A stretch of 64,000 bases of DNA. Origin: Camelus ferus. Lineage: Eukaryota. The DNA is taken from the NCBI RefSeq assembly GCF_009834535.1, contig NC_045697.1, positions 68,388,001 through 68,452,000 of the forward strand, written 5' to 3'. The notes under the pieces were generated by a model, which made no database searches, had not been told where the DNA came from, and saw only the letters and a list, made by a program, of their open reading frames with translations. A program made the translations under genes and the position numbers. Positions 38,330-50,840 of this stretch are shown here, piece after piece. Within the stretch, counting starts at the first letter, position 1; every line of letters starts with the position of its first letter.

Positions 38330-38720
38330 TCAAGTGAAGTTACCTAGTAAGCAACTGGATATGCAGAACTGATGCCTAGAAGAAAGAAATAATTGGATAT
38401 TTTAAATAAATGTAAATTTTCAATATTTAAATTATAACTGAAACCATGAGAATAAATTATATTGCCTTGCTAATATGTATATAGGAGATAAAAATAGGTT
38501 TAGACAGAACTGTTTCACTAATATATCAATATTAAAGAGGAAGCAAAAAAATGCAAAGGGGACCTACAAAGAGGACTGAAAAAGAGAGGCAAGAGAAGAA
38601 AAGAGCTGTGAAAGCCAAGGAAAGGGTATTTCTAAAAGGAGGCTGAATCAGTGTCAACTACTGGCAGGAATAGTCGCAGAACGCCTGAAACCTGTAATTT
38701 GGGGAAATGAGAAGTGACCT
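38330..38720 (-). mobile_element. L2 fragment (continues ~37800-37975 on the other side of the MLT1A)
   Basis: AGTAAGCAACTGGATATGC, AACTGAAACCATGAGAATA, GAAAGCCAAGGAAAG. Confidence 0.6.
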
Positions 38721-39263
38721 AAATAGATACCCAGTATAATCTCTAAGGAATTTTGAAAGCTCAGTTCATATTTTTATACTAAATTCACGGGGATAACAAT
38801 CTAATTGATTGTATGAATAATTTTGCACATAGGCTAAGTATCCTCAGCACAGGCAAAAACAAAGATAGATATTCATATTCATCCAGGGTTTGGGGTTCTG
38901 CTAGATGTGTTCAGCAAAAATACAGGAGTAAGGCAGAGAGATAGTAAAGACATTTCCCATGTTTAGACCATAGAATATAGGAGAGAATATTAATTTTGGT
39001 AAAGACAAGAAGGGCTTGATGCAACAGGACAACTAGAGGGATGAGTTGACTGAAACCCTAAAGAATTTAAAGTATATATATTGCAGGGACATGGAAAAGC
39101 AAACAAAAAGGGGAAAAAATTGGGCAGAGAATGGAAAGTTTGAATTTAATATTTCAGAAGTGAACAGCTTCAGGTTGTGATGGAAAAAGAGTGTGACTGA
39201 GGACTATGTAAATCTTGTTGAAAATGAGAAAATTTTAAAAACACAGTTTTTAGCTGAGCCATC

Positions 39264-39702
39264 TGGGTTAAATAATGTCTCCCCAAAATTCATTTCTACC
39301 TGGAGCCTATGCATATGACTTATTTGGAAATAGGGTCCTTGCAGATCTAATCAAGTTAAGTGCAGGGGTAGGGTGGGCCCTAAATCTAATATGGCTGGTT
39401 TCCATATAAAAAGAGAGAAATTTGGACATAGAGACACAAACAGGGGAAAAGGCCACGTGAAGACAGAAGCAGATTGAAGTAATACATCTATAAGTCAGAG
39501 ACTGCCAAAGATTGCTGGCAGCCAACAGGAGCTAGAAGAGGCGAGCTAGGAAGGATGCTTCCCAAAAGACCTCTGATGGAGTATGGCCCTCAACACCCTG
39601 ACTCTTGACTTCTAGCCTCCAGAACTGTGAGAATACATTTCTGTTGTTTTAAGCCACCCAAATTATGGTAATTTGTTATGGCACTAGTAGGAAATTAAAA
39701 CA
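39264..39702 (+). mobile_element. MLT1C-like solo LTR
   Basis: GACTTATTTGGAAATAGGGTCCTTGCAGAT, GGCCACGTGAAGACAGA, CTAGCCTCCAGAACTGTGAGA. Perfect 5-bp TSD CCATC (39259-39263 / 39703-39707). Confidence 0.92.
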
Positions 39703-40070
39703 CCATCTATATAAATATAAAATTTATTCAGTAGAAAGGCAGGATTGAGATGAAGAAGTGAATTATAAGTTTGACTTAAAGGACTGCGGATTGATGAGTG
39801 TAGAGACTAATGCTCAGAACTTGGCAGTTTACTAAGAAACTAAGATTAGTTAAATTGGATATAGGTTTTCAAAACAACTAAGTTCATCAACACCTAGTTT
39901 GGGGGTCTCCAAAAACTCTGCAAGGAGCACATTATGGCTTTAATTTGTTATTCTTAAAAAAAAAAATCTTAGTCCAACATAGCAGGACAGTGATGACATT
40001 AATTTTCTCCCAAATTCTCTTCACCTATTTAAAGAGAAGCAGGCTTAGATGATTGGAAGAGCTCAGGTGA

Positions 40071-40163
40071 TTGGTGTTAGAGACAAGAAGAAAATCAAGC
40101 AACATCTTGTAGCTGATATACCTGTATACATCTACTATGGACTAAATTGTGTCCCTAATCCCC
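40071..40163 (+). repeat. Dispersed direct copy of 37917-38006
   Basis: Identical except GAT/GAAGAA near the start and one T/A substitution. Confidence 0.97.
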
Positions 40164-40272
40164 TTCCAGAAAAATTCAGACTCACTAAAACTGATTTGGG
40201 GAAGGCACAGTCTATTTTAGATTCAATGTACAAATTAAATCCCATATGCCTGGTAGATCAATTTTACTGTTT

Positions 40273-40751
40273 ATTTTATTTTATTTTATTTTATTTTATT
40301 TTATTTTATTGTTTTTATTGCTTTTATCTTGTCTTCTGTTTTTTATTATTGAGGTAGCACTGGTTTTTAACATATACATTTAATTTTCATGTGTACAACA
40401 TTATATTTCTACTTCTATATACAGTACAGCATGCTCACCACCAAAAGTTTAGTTTTCACCATTTGGTTGACCTCCTTTACTCATTTTGCCCTACCCTCTC
40501 CCCTTCCGTTCTGGTAACCACTATTCTGTATCTACGTGTTTAATTTTGTTTGATTTTCTTTGTTCGTTTATTTTTTGTTTGTTTGTTTGTATTTTATATT
40601 CCACGTATGAGTAAAATCATATGGTATTTGTCTTTCTCTGACTTATTTCACTTAGCATAAAACCCTTAAGGTCTATCCATGTTGTCACAAATGGTAAGAT
40701 TTCATCTTTTTTATGGCTAATAGTATTCCAGTTATGTGTATGTGTGTGCGT

Positions 40752-40785
<34 letters not shown>

Positions 40786-41364
40786 ACCATTCTTTATCCA
40801 ATCATCTGTTGATGAACACTTAGGTCCTTTTCCATGTCTTGGCTATTGTAAACAATGCTACTGTGAACATCAGGGTGCATGTATCTTTTTTAATTAGTGT
40901 TTTCCTATGGGTAAATACTCAGAAGTGGAAGAGCTCAATCATGTGGTACTTCTGTTCTTAATATTTTGAGGAAATTCCACACTGTTTTCTATAGAAGCTG
41001 CACCAATTTACATTCCCACCAGTAGAGTGTACGGGTTCCCTTTTCTCCACATCCTTACCAACATTTATTATTTGTGCTCTTTTTGATAATAGTCATTCTA
41101 ACAGGTGTGAGGTGATATCTTATTGTGGTATTGATTTTCATTTTTCTGATAATTAGCGATGTTGAACATCTTTTCATGTGCCTGTTGACCATCTGTATGT
41201 CTTCTTATGAAAAATGTCCATTCAGGGCCTCTGCACATTTTCCAATTGGGTTGTTGGTTTTTTTCGTTGTTGAGTTTTGTGAGTTCTTTGTATATTTTGA
41301 ATATTAACCTTTTATCAGACACATGATTTGCAAATGTCTTCCCTCATTCAGTAGGTTGTCTTTT
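40273..41364 (-). mobile_element. 5'-truncated L1 (intermediate age) with a (TAAAA)n tail and internal (GT)n
   Basis: Antisense ORF2 C-terminus and 3' UTR. (TTTTA)n at ~40273-40310, (GT)n at ~40735-40784. TSD AATTTTACTGTTT (40260-40272) / AATTTTACTTTTT (41365-41377). Confidence 0.92.
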
Positions 41365-41389
41365 AATTTTACTTTTTTTAAAAAAAGAA

Positions 41390-41820
41390 AATACTTTTTT
41401 AAAACTCCTGGTTATAAGAGTAGTACATGATAATGGTAAAACATTGACAGTAAAAGCAATGAAGAGCAAAGTGAGAATTCACTCATTACTACTTAGAGAC
41501 GACTATTAACATTTTAGTGTATATAAAATCAAGTAACTATCACGTTTATTTTAAGTAAATATAACAACTTTGTTGTAAAAGTTTTTCCATGAACAATATA
41601 GCTTAAGTCTGTTTCTATATTGATACATGTATCATCATTTTAAGTGATACAGAATATTAGGTTTTATATAGAACCATAATTGATTTTATTAAATATTATT
41701 TTTCTGAGTATCATTATAAGCATAAATTTAATTAGTATTTTATATGTATATATATAATTTTTTTTTTACCTGAAAACAACCTTAGGGAAAAAATTCAACA
41801 CAATAAAATTATTGACTCAG
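41390..41820 (-). mobile_element. Ancient L1ME-like fragment (resumes ~43550-43900)
   Basis: CTTAGAGACGACTATTAACATTTTAGTGTATA. The downstream piece has CCAGGTTGCCTTTC..TATGAGAGT. Confidence 0.55.
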
Positions 41821-43545
41821 TATGTTAGTCAGGTTGTCTTAACTACTGTAACAAACAACTCCAAAAGTCAGTGGCTTAACACTATAAAATTTTTCTCTTG
41901 GTCGTACAACAGCCTGTTATGAGTAAAACAGATCTTCAAGTGATGTTTTGGTGAACCCATAGCAGCGTCTGACACAGATATCCATCTGATCCCCAAGTAT
42001 CATTTTACACTCTTTCCTACATACTCCTTTTCTAAAGAGATACTTTCTGAAGTCCTATCTGGTCACTGCATACAAATTGAAGTTTAGGATATCAATATAA
42101 TTTGAGTGTAGTGCTCTTTTATTAGATCCATATATAGCTACTCTGGTCTGATGACCTTGAAATAAAGCTTCAGCTCCCCCTACACTTAAAATATAATAGT
42201 GCAGGTGGGACAGGATGGCCACAACAGAAGATCCTTTTTGAAAAGGGCAGAATGGGAGATACATAGCAGTTATTGGTATGCAGACATCTAGAAATCTCAC
42301 TGACAGGCCTTATAAGGACCCCTTATCTCAAGGTAGGGGATATTCTTCGATGAGACTATGATTTTGTCTTTATATGGAACTCTCTTGTCTAGTGATTCTA
42401 TACCCGCTGATAAGTTATTATATTCCATATTCATATCTGAAGTAGTTTGAGGCGAGCAATGAGGCATATGCCCTTATTAGGCTTTCTGTGGTTTCATAGC
42501 ATGTTTCTCCTAGTAAAAATGCAGTATCTTTAACATTATTTTACCATTTGGATGGCTAGTGGCTTTTAAGTTCAGGCTCACAGTTCCTTTGGCAATAATA
42601 TTCTCTCATAAAATTAATAGATATCTATTTGCTTCCAGTAAATCCCAGATGCCACTAACCATAACCAAGGCTATATTTTAGGCAGAAATTCTCAAGACTT
42701 TTTTTTGCTTTCTCAAACCTATGCTGCTTTCTCATCATTTTTTACTTTTTAGTTCTAGAAACTATACGGTTTTACAAACTCAGTGATCTAAATCTTAGTA
42801 CTCTTAAAACACCTGTCCATATCGACAAGACTTTTTCTTGATTTATCACTTTCTTAAAAATTGCCAAAGGTGGCCAATAATAGCCAACACACTGATTCTT
42901 CCTTTAGAGGTACAAAATCAATAAGGTCTGCCTTCCAGGTTATCCCAGGAAAGACTTTTGTCAAATATTCCACTACAATATAATCTGGGTTACTACCTTC
43001 CCAGCCTCTGATATCAGTTCTCTTGTTGCCAGCCACCTGACCAGTTAAGCCAGTATCTCATATATTAGGTTTTTGCTGTAGCAGCATCATACTTTAAAAT
43101 ACCAATTTGTGTACGTCTGTGTGTGTTATAAAACCCCCCAGATTTGGTGAATTAGCACAAGTATTCATTTTCATCATGCATGCATGCAACAGATGAATTC
43201 TTTGTTGACCAGCTGTCTTGAGTGGCTCTTTCATGCAGTAAATCAGGCACTCAGACCCCTTTCAACTTAAAGTTCCTCTATTCCCTAGGACCTTAAAGTC
43301 TCTTGCTACATTACCGTAATTCAACTGGTAGACATGAAATAGAGCATGCATAAAACATTACATGTGATGTATTTTAGTGGTCAGGATTTAAAATTGATAA
43401 ATCACTCCTAACCGCTTTCCATTGGCCAAATCCTAGTCCTATCACCATATCACATTAGGTCTGACATCTAACAGGACAGCTCATCCAGCTATGTGCCCAT
43501 GAACAAAAGGGAAGCAGAGTTTGTTGAGCACTTAGAAGCTTCTAA
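41821..43545 (-). mobile_element. Degenerate MLT1 provirus remnant: LTR piece, internal region (~42150-43107), LTR
   Basis: Left TGTTAGTCAGG..GTAACAAACAACTCCAAAAGTCAGTGGCTTAAC. MaLR-int-like blocks end in ...ATACCAATT, then a second LTR (CATTGGCCAAATCCTAGTC). Confidence 0.6.
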
Positions 43546-44703
43546 CAGTACATTTTGGTGCTTGTTATCAGAAATATACCAGGTTGCCTTTCTATCAACA
43601 TTCTATGAGAGTCCCTGCATTTGCCACAGTCTCATCTGCCTTGGTTTTATCAATGTCTTAATAATTGTCATTCTGGAATCTAAACATGCATTATGATTTT
43701 TGTAACTTGCATTTGATTTTATATGAGTTTGGAATCTTTGTTTATTGAGTCTCTGTATTTGTGATTTTACCCATTTATGTTATTTGTGCATTTGGTAATA
43801 AACCATTTAGCTTTTTCTTAATCAGTATGTCTAACTCAGTAACTCAGTTCATTGTATGTATATTATTCTTTTCACTTATTTTTTTCTGTACCCAGGATAA
43901 AGGCTTGTCCATGTTTGTTCACTATCTCTGTGAGTTCTCTTTCTGTATATCAGTTTATCTCCTTACTACTTTTAAAATCATTTCAAAGCTAAAGTATCAT
44001 TATTTTCACCCTAAATTATTTTCTTAATTCTGCCAGTTCACACTCATGTAATTGTCATAAGTCTCATCTTTAATCTCTTATTTATTAAACAAAACTTTTA
44101 ATTTCCCTGCAATTCAAAGATATTATCTATTCTTTTAAATAAATCTCTTTTTAGATTACGATCTTCACCTAGCATTACCTGACCTTGTAAATTACAACAT
44201 TTTGTTATAGATAGTTGTTTATGTTTACTCACATTGGAATTGGAACATCACTCTTTCAGCCTGCTTTTGATCCCCTAAAGTGTACATAGATTCTATTTTA
44301 ATCTCCTTTGTTGTTTTTTTCTGAGTGCAATTTAAAACCTCCCATAAAATATTCACACAAAATTTTGTGGATTGATCTGACTTTCAGCTGCCTGAGGAAG
44401 ATAGGGCAATGAGTGATAACATTTAGAATAGTTCGAATGTTGTTGAACCCACTTCACTTGGGAAAGTATCTTTGTGTTAAATTAGGGTAATTTATTCCCA
44501 GGCAGTGGTTATATTTGTTCCATCACTTAATGCATAAAGTTATTTTGGTGAGAGAAGGTCCAGGCTATTTTAATGATGATCCGTAGTCTTTCTTTATAAA
44601 GTTATCTATATATTTGCTGCTGTTGAGCTGCAGTTGCAGAAAATGTGTCTTAAGAGACACTATCTTGACCAATTCTAAAGTCTGTACTTCTCAGAGTGAC
44701 ATG

Positions 44704-44735
44704 AAACAAACAAACAAACAAACAAACAAACAAAA
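44704..44735. repeat. (AAAC)n microsatellite
   Basis: Read directly. Confidence 0.95.
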
Positions 44736-44889
44736 ACCCTGGTTTTGACAGTTCTTACGTAATATTGAGTTCAGCTTGAGGGCTTAAAGTAAAACTATGG
44801 CTCAAGAAGGTAATGGGATCTTATCAGATATTTATGTGAATGAAAACAAATCTTTCTACATTGACATATTTGTAGGGTATGTCAAATAC

Positions 44890-44943
44890 ATATAATAAGA
44901 GGTATATAATATATATAATAAGAGGTATATAATATATATAATA
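44890..44943. repeat. 23-bp tandem repeat ATATAATAAGAGGTATATAATAT, about 2.3 copies
   Basis: Perfect copies at 44890-44912 and 44913-44935. Confidence 0.95.
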
Positions 44944-45083
44944 TAATATGCATATACATATATCTGCCTCTTATTAAAGGTGATAAAGCCAAATTATGTG
45001 ACTCACAACTAGGAAAGTGGACAATGATCACTCCTAACTCATACAAAGTTAATAGAATAATTGGGTATCATTTTTAGATTATC

Positions 45084-45638
45084 TGCATTAGTTATCTATT
45101 CTGTGGAATAAACAACACAAAATTTGGTGGCTTACAATAGCAGCAGTCATTTAATTTGCTCATGAATCTACAGTTGAGGCAGGTTTCTGAAGGATGGTTC
45201 ATCATCCATTTCTCTGCAACTTCAACAGGGGTGGCTTAACTAGAAGCTGGGGAATCCAGTTTCAGGATGGCTTATCTATACAGCTGGCAAGTTAGTGCTG
45301 CCTGTCATCAGGGAGCTCAGCTGGAGCTGTGGTCTAGAGGTCTTGGTTCTTCTCTATGTAGATCTCTCCATTAGCTTCTTGTGCTCCCTCACACCACAGT
45401 GATCGGGTTTCAAGAACAAATATTCAAGAAAATCAGTCAGAAGTTATTACTGTTTATGACATAAACTCGGAAGTCATATAACCTTGTTTCTGCCATAGAC
45501 ATAATCACATCCAGAGATTCAAAAAGAGGGAATGTAGTCCTTACCTCTTAATGGAAGGCATGTTAAAGTCCACGTTTTAAGAAGAGAATGAGAAATGGGA
45601 GATATTGTTGGGCTATTTGGGGAAAATAACATCACCCA
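45084..45638 (-). mobile_element. MLT1 (G/H-like) LTR
   Basis: ATTAGTTATCTATT..AAAATTTGGTGGCTTA, GCTCATGAATCT, AGCTGGCAAGTTAGTGCTG, CTCGGAAGTCA. Confidence 0.8.
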
Positions 45639-46684
45639 TTATTTTTTCAATTTTTTTTATTTTATATCTTTGTACTGTGATTTCTGTGTGCTTTCTTCCT
45701 GCATATTTGAAGAATTTAGTATCAATTAAGTATGAATAGAATGTTTTCTATTATTAAACAGAATAACCAAAATCATAATGGAAAAAAGATTAAATGTAAG
45801 TAAAATTTATGTTAAGATAATAGTTTTCGTTGTCAGTAGGAGAAAGGTTAAGAGTTTATTGCCCTACAACAACAACAAAAAAAGAGAGAGGGGATGACAT
45901 CCATATCTTAAGAGACAGAATTTAAGCTTTTTTATTATTGTTGATTGCATACATATCCCTATAATCAGGCATCTGATTATACTTATAAAGTGCCAGATTA
46001 TAATTAAAAGTGCCAGATTGTAATTAAGCCCCCAGAATGAACTCTCATTCTTCAAAACAAATTTAGAATTCATTTCTGCGGGAATTCTATTTTTGATAAT
46101 TTCCTTAATTAAAAACACAAAACTCAGTAACAATAATGTCACTTAGAAATTATTTTCATAATTTATAAAAAATAAATTAGACATGTTAAACTGGTAACAT
46201 CTGAAACATGTGTAGTAAACATACATAAAACCAGTCTGGATCAATTAAAATGTGTTTTAGATATATATTTTTAAATACTCAATACGATAAATCTGGGAAA
46301 TTTTATAGTCTATATGATGAATAATTTAACTGATAGATTTCACTTTGTCACTTAGTCATATGTGACTAAGAAAGCTCAGGTTTTCAATTTAACATATTGG
46401 CTTTCTTAACGTAGAATACAAAGAATATTGAATAGTGAGACTTTGCAATACCTCGGCAACAATTTGCTTATTCAAAAAAAATCTCAATTCTTTGGAATAC
46501 AGCCAAAAACCTAGAAGTAGGCAGCCATAGTAGACAAATGTAAACCCAAAGGAAAGTGTCTCAGACATGCAATCAGAGCCAATTGACCATTATTTTAGGC
46601 AACATTTTACTAAGCTAGATTAGTGTTCTCCACAAACAACAAAAGGCGTACTTATAACAGCATGGGAAAATGTGGAAGAAAAAA

Positions 46685-46870
46685 CAGGTCTATTGAGTGT
46701 TTCATGTGTATCAGGAACCCTGTTAAATACCTTATGGATGTTGTTCATTTAATTCACACAACTCATTTTTACAGAAGAAGATAGTGAGTCTCATTTAGTT
46801 TGAGTGATCTGCTCACCGTGAGAGGCCCAGGGTCTGTCTGCCTCGGGGGCTCATTTTGTTTTCACTGTAA
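46685..46870 (-). mobile_element. MIR fragment
   Basis: CTATTGAGTG, TCATTTAATTCACACAAC, CATTTTTACAGAAGAAG. Confidence 0.6.
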
Positions 46871-48219
46871 GTGTAACCCTCTGTTCCCCTGGGAAGTGGA
46901 GAAGTGACTACTGTGGCAGGTGTACTGACCACAGCATGAGTCCTGAAAGCTTGACATCAAAAGAGAACCAAAAACTGCAGGATTAAACACTGAGAACAGA
47001 ATAACTGTATTGGTCCATTATGTTTAAGGAATAACTTTCCTACACAGCTCAAATAGTTCTTTCTGTTACAACCCAGAGGAATAACTAATACTGATAGAAT
47101 TTCCCCACAAGAGTCTATAATAGAGCTCAGAAAGACTTTCCTATCTAAAATATACACATGCATACATAACATGCAAACTTTCTCCACCTGGAATATAAAC
47201 TTTGATTATATGGGAAATAATTAGGTCAGGAGTCAGGTAACCTGGGCCCCCGATTATTTAGTCACTTCCTTCTTGGAAGCCTTTTCGATTTATCCCCGTC
47301 ATTGAGCCTCACTCTCATCTCTCTCTCGTTATCCCATTTTTCATTCCTTATCCTATTTGTTATTTTTAAAATGTTGAGGATATTCATAGTTAGTTCTAGG
47401 CCTTAACTCAAAATGGTCGTTTATGCATTAAAATAACTTTTATCTTTCTAAAAGTGTGTCATGAAATTAAGTATCCATAGCAAAAAACAAAAACAAACAA
47501 AAACTTGGAGCATGTATTTTAAGGAGGTTCCACAGGGCATAGTCAGAAAAATATTTCTCCCATTGTGCATATGCATATTGCCTGTAGAGCCAGGCAACAC
47601 GTTTGTATTTTTAAAAATAAAAATATTAACAAATTAGTCATATTTCTATTATCTTGCATGTATTATTTATATGAATAAGTTATTCTTACTATTTTCTCTA
47701 GTTGTCAACCTTCATTTGGCTTTGTCAAAGGACCCATTTTCAGCCAACGTAGTCACATAAAGATATTTCAAAAAACGTACAGTTTTACTGAAGTATATGA
47801 ATTATTATCATTACAGGTTCCAAATAAGAACCCAAAATATGAATTTGCTATTTAAACTGTTCCCTTTTTAAAGATTACTCCAGATTAGTCATTTGTAGCA
47901 CATGACTAAGCATGTAGCACTTGTTTTATCATTAACATTTACTAAATGTTAACATCCTCAAGGAAAAGGATATTATTTGTGCTAGGCAAACTCCACTTAA
48001 ATCTGGTCTTCTCCTTTATGTAAATCCCAGGAGTGTGCAATAAACTTTGCACTTGAAGTCATAGGAAGCAAATTTCTCTGACTTCTCTCATTCTTATTTT
48101 GGATCTCAGATGAGGTCAGATTTTTAACTTCTTATTGAGGCTATGTATTGGAAAGGTAAGCAGAAATTAATATTGTAGAGTTGCATTTCATGGCAGGCTT
48201 TATATTTTTAGTTGTTTCT

Positions 48220-48380
48220 GTCACAGACGATGAGTTTGAATGTAAGGAAACTGAGTCTCAGGAAACTCAGAAAATTTAAGAAACTTCCCCAAGGCTACAT
48301 AGTTAGAAAATAATAGTGCTTAAGATTTGAATCCATGACCAGCTATCCTAAGGCCGACATCCTTCCATGATACTCCACTG
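48220..48380 (-). mobile_element. MIR fragment
   Basis: AAGGAAACTGAGTCTCAG, AACTTCCCCAAGGCTACATAG, GATTTGAATCCA. Confidence 0.7.
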
Positions 48381-50609
48381 TTATGATCCAAGTCAATAAA
48401 AAGTATTGCACATAATTTTCTGTTTAAAAGAAGTAAGAGGAAAGAGGGTTTTAAAATGTTCCAAATTAGAGGTCAGATAATACATATTAATTCTGTAAAC
48501 ATATGTCCCAAACTTTTCTAACTGTATTCAATGTAAAAATGTATTTCATTAACTTGTGATTTTAAATAAATAAAATATCATAATATTTATCAATATACTT
48601 ATCAGCTTTTCTTCTACTTTTAATGTATTCTGAATAAATGTAGCACAGTTTTCATAAAGTTTACATCATTAAAAGTCCAAATTCTTCAAATATATTTGCA
48701 ATTCTTAATTATTGAAGTTGTATAGAAGTTTAACTTACTTCACACAGAAGTCTTTGAAAATAGAATGAATCATCTTATGTTAAATTGTTCCACTAAGGCA
48801 GAGAAAAAAAATTTTGGTAACTTTTGGGAAGAGTTTGTCAAATTATCTTTTGTATCTTTTTTTCCCCTGTATTTGTCACTCCATAATCATTCAGTATTTT
48901 AAGCTTGTTCAAATGATGAATCATTCCCTGATTGGTTGAGCTTTTAGTCTTCCCTTCTTACCAAAACTTTTAATTGATCTTTTATGTCTTTTCTAGTCAT
49001 TCCTAAAGGAAAGAAGTGGTCTTATCACCTCTGTGCTTCATGTTTCTGGCCCCTAGTCCACATGAGTTTTCCTCTGTGTGGTTTACCTAAAACAAAAATA
49101 AACAAAACTGTCTGCCATTTAAATGCTTTAAAGCAGGAGGTTTATTCTTTTTAATTAAATGGCATGGTAGGACCAGCATGTGCGTGGAGCAGAGTGGGCT
49201 CTGAGTTTAGGACTGCACTGGCAGAGTGTCAGGGAGCTGCTGGGCAGTCCCTTTTGTTGGCTTCGCTGTCCAGTCACTGATGATGCAGCATCCAGGCTCT
49301 GAAGTGAATTACTAAAATAAATTTGGTGGCAGTGCAGAAAATGTGAAATAAAAGATCCTGGCAAGAGCGCACCAAGATCAAGAGAGACAGAGTTCTTTTG
49401 TACACATTTTACTTCATATCAGGTTCAGATTTCTTCAGAACTTAAAGTCTGCTTCCCAAAATGGCCTCTGACCACTTATTCATTGGTCAATTCAATCATT
49501 TCAGAAAACATGTTCCAACAAACCTGTGGGAGTGGTGAAGTCAGTGATTGGGTAGATTTCCTGTAACAGGGCAACAGAAATCTGGAATTAGCCCCAGAAG
49601 GCATCAGAGAGGAAGAGTTAAGATTGTCAAGTGACTGAGACTTTGAAGGAGATATGCCTTTTAAACCCTCTGCTTCAGAGGCTGTTCCCTCTCTTTTTCC
49701 AACTACTAAGTTCTGTCCATTCTGCAAGGCATAACTGAAGTCACACTTCCTGAAGGAAACTTCAAATCCTTCTTTGCTGACATTTTTGTCATCCTCCTCC
49801 ATACTTTCTTGTCACCCATCTGCCATTTCTACCAGAGGAAACCATCAGCAGCGTTGTTTCAGCTGTTTATGTTGTCTGTATACTCACTAGATCATAGAGG
49901 GGCTCTCCTCCTACAATGCCTGCATGGAGTAGAAATTCAGTAAGTGTTTGCTGAACTGACCCAAAGTATCAAAGCTGTTATTTGACTGTGGCCAGCCTCA
50001 AAAGCTGACAGTGTGATTTGATCCTGATCCATAACATCAAAAGTGCTTCCGTCTAAACTCTGAACTCTGCCTTGTGATGTGGATTTCTGCAGTTACTAGA
50101 CAAGAGCACATGTGTGTTTGTGCAAATGTGCATGTGTGCACATTTCTTCTACTAAAAATTGTTCTACTTCAATTTTAAGGATTAAATAGATTGTCTGTAA
50201 AATACCAAGTGGTTTTTATTTTTAGTAAGTTTTACAGGATACATAACCAAAACGAGTCTGCTACTTCAAAGGAATCCCTTGGGGGACAAAATTTATTCCA
50301 ATTCACTGTCTTTGCTCTGAGCATTTTTGGAATGAAGCTCCTCTTAAGAATTTGCCTTCAAAATTTACTGTGGAAGAAAATTGTCAACCTCATTACTTTA
50401 CAGTCATAAGACATGCTTCCTTAGTCCTCAACCTTTATTCTTCTCCATCCTCTATCCTAATTTTTTGATATTAAGTTTTATCATTTTGTCTCTGTTCTCA
50501 ACTGAAAAAAAAAGACAGCCATTCGGAGAGGTAAATGTAGAAGGCTTAGGAAAGCAGAAGCTATTTAGCATAGAAGGTATAAAATAGCAATCAGAATGTT
50601 AAGATTTGT

Positions 50610-50840
50610 GGACCATTTATGATGCATCAGCATTATAGTGGGTGCTTTACATAAATTAACTTATGTGTTCCTCCCAAAACCCTGTTATGAACATGCCATC
50701 ATTATCTTCATTTCTACAGTGAAACAAATGATAGAAGTTAAGTGACTTGCCTAAACTCTTGCAGCTAATTAAGTGGTATAACAGAGAATCGGACCCTGTC
50801 AGAGCTGATCCCAGGTCCTGAGTTCTCAGTAACTAATCTG
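50610..50840 (-). mobile_element. MIR
   Basis: GTGCTTTACATA, GAAGTTAAGTGACTTGCCTAA..GCAGCTAATTAAGTGG. Confidence 0.75.

Noticed and set aside
40273..41364. Inverted 3' half (twin priming) of the 33.4-37.5 kb L1
   Set aside because: It has its own TSD and is separated from that L1 by ~2.8 kb of older L2/MLT sequence.
44890..44943. CRISPR-like repeat
   Set aside because: Eukaryotic context; adjacent tandem units with no spacers.
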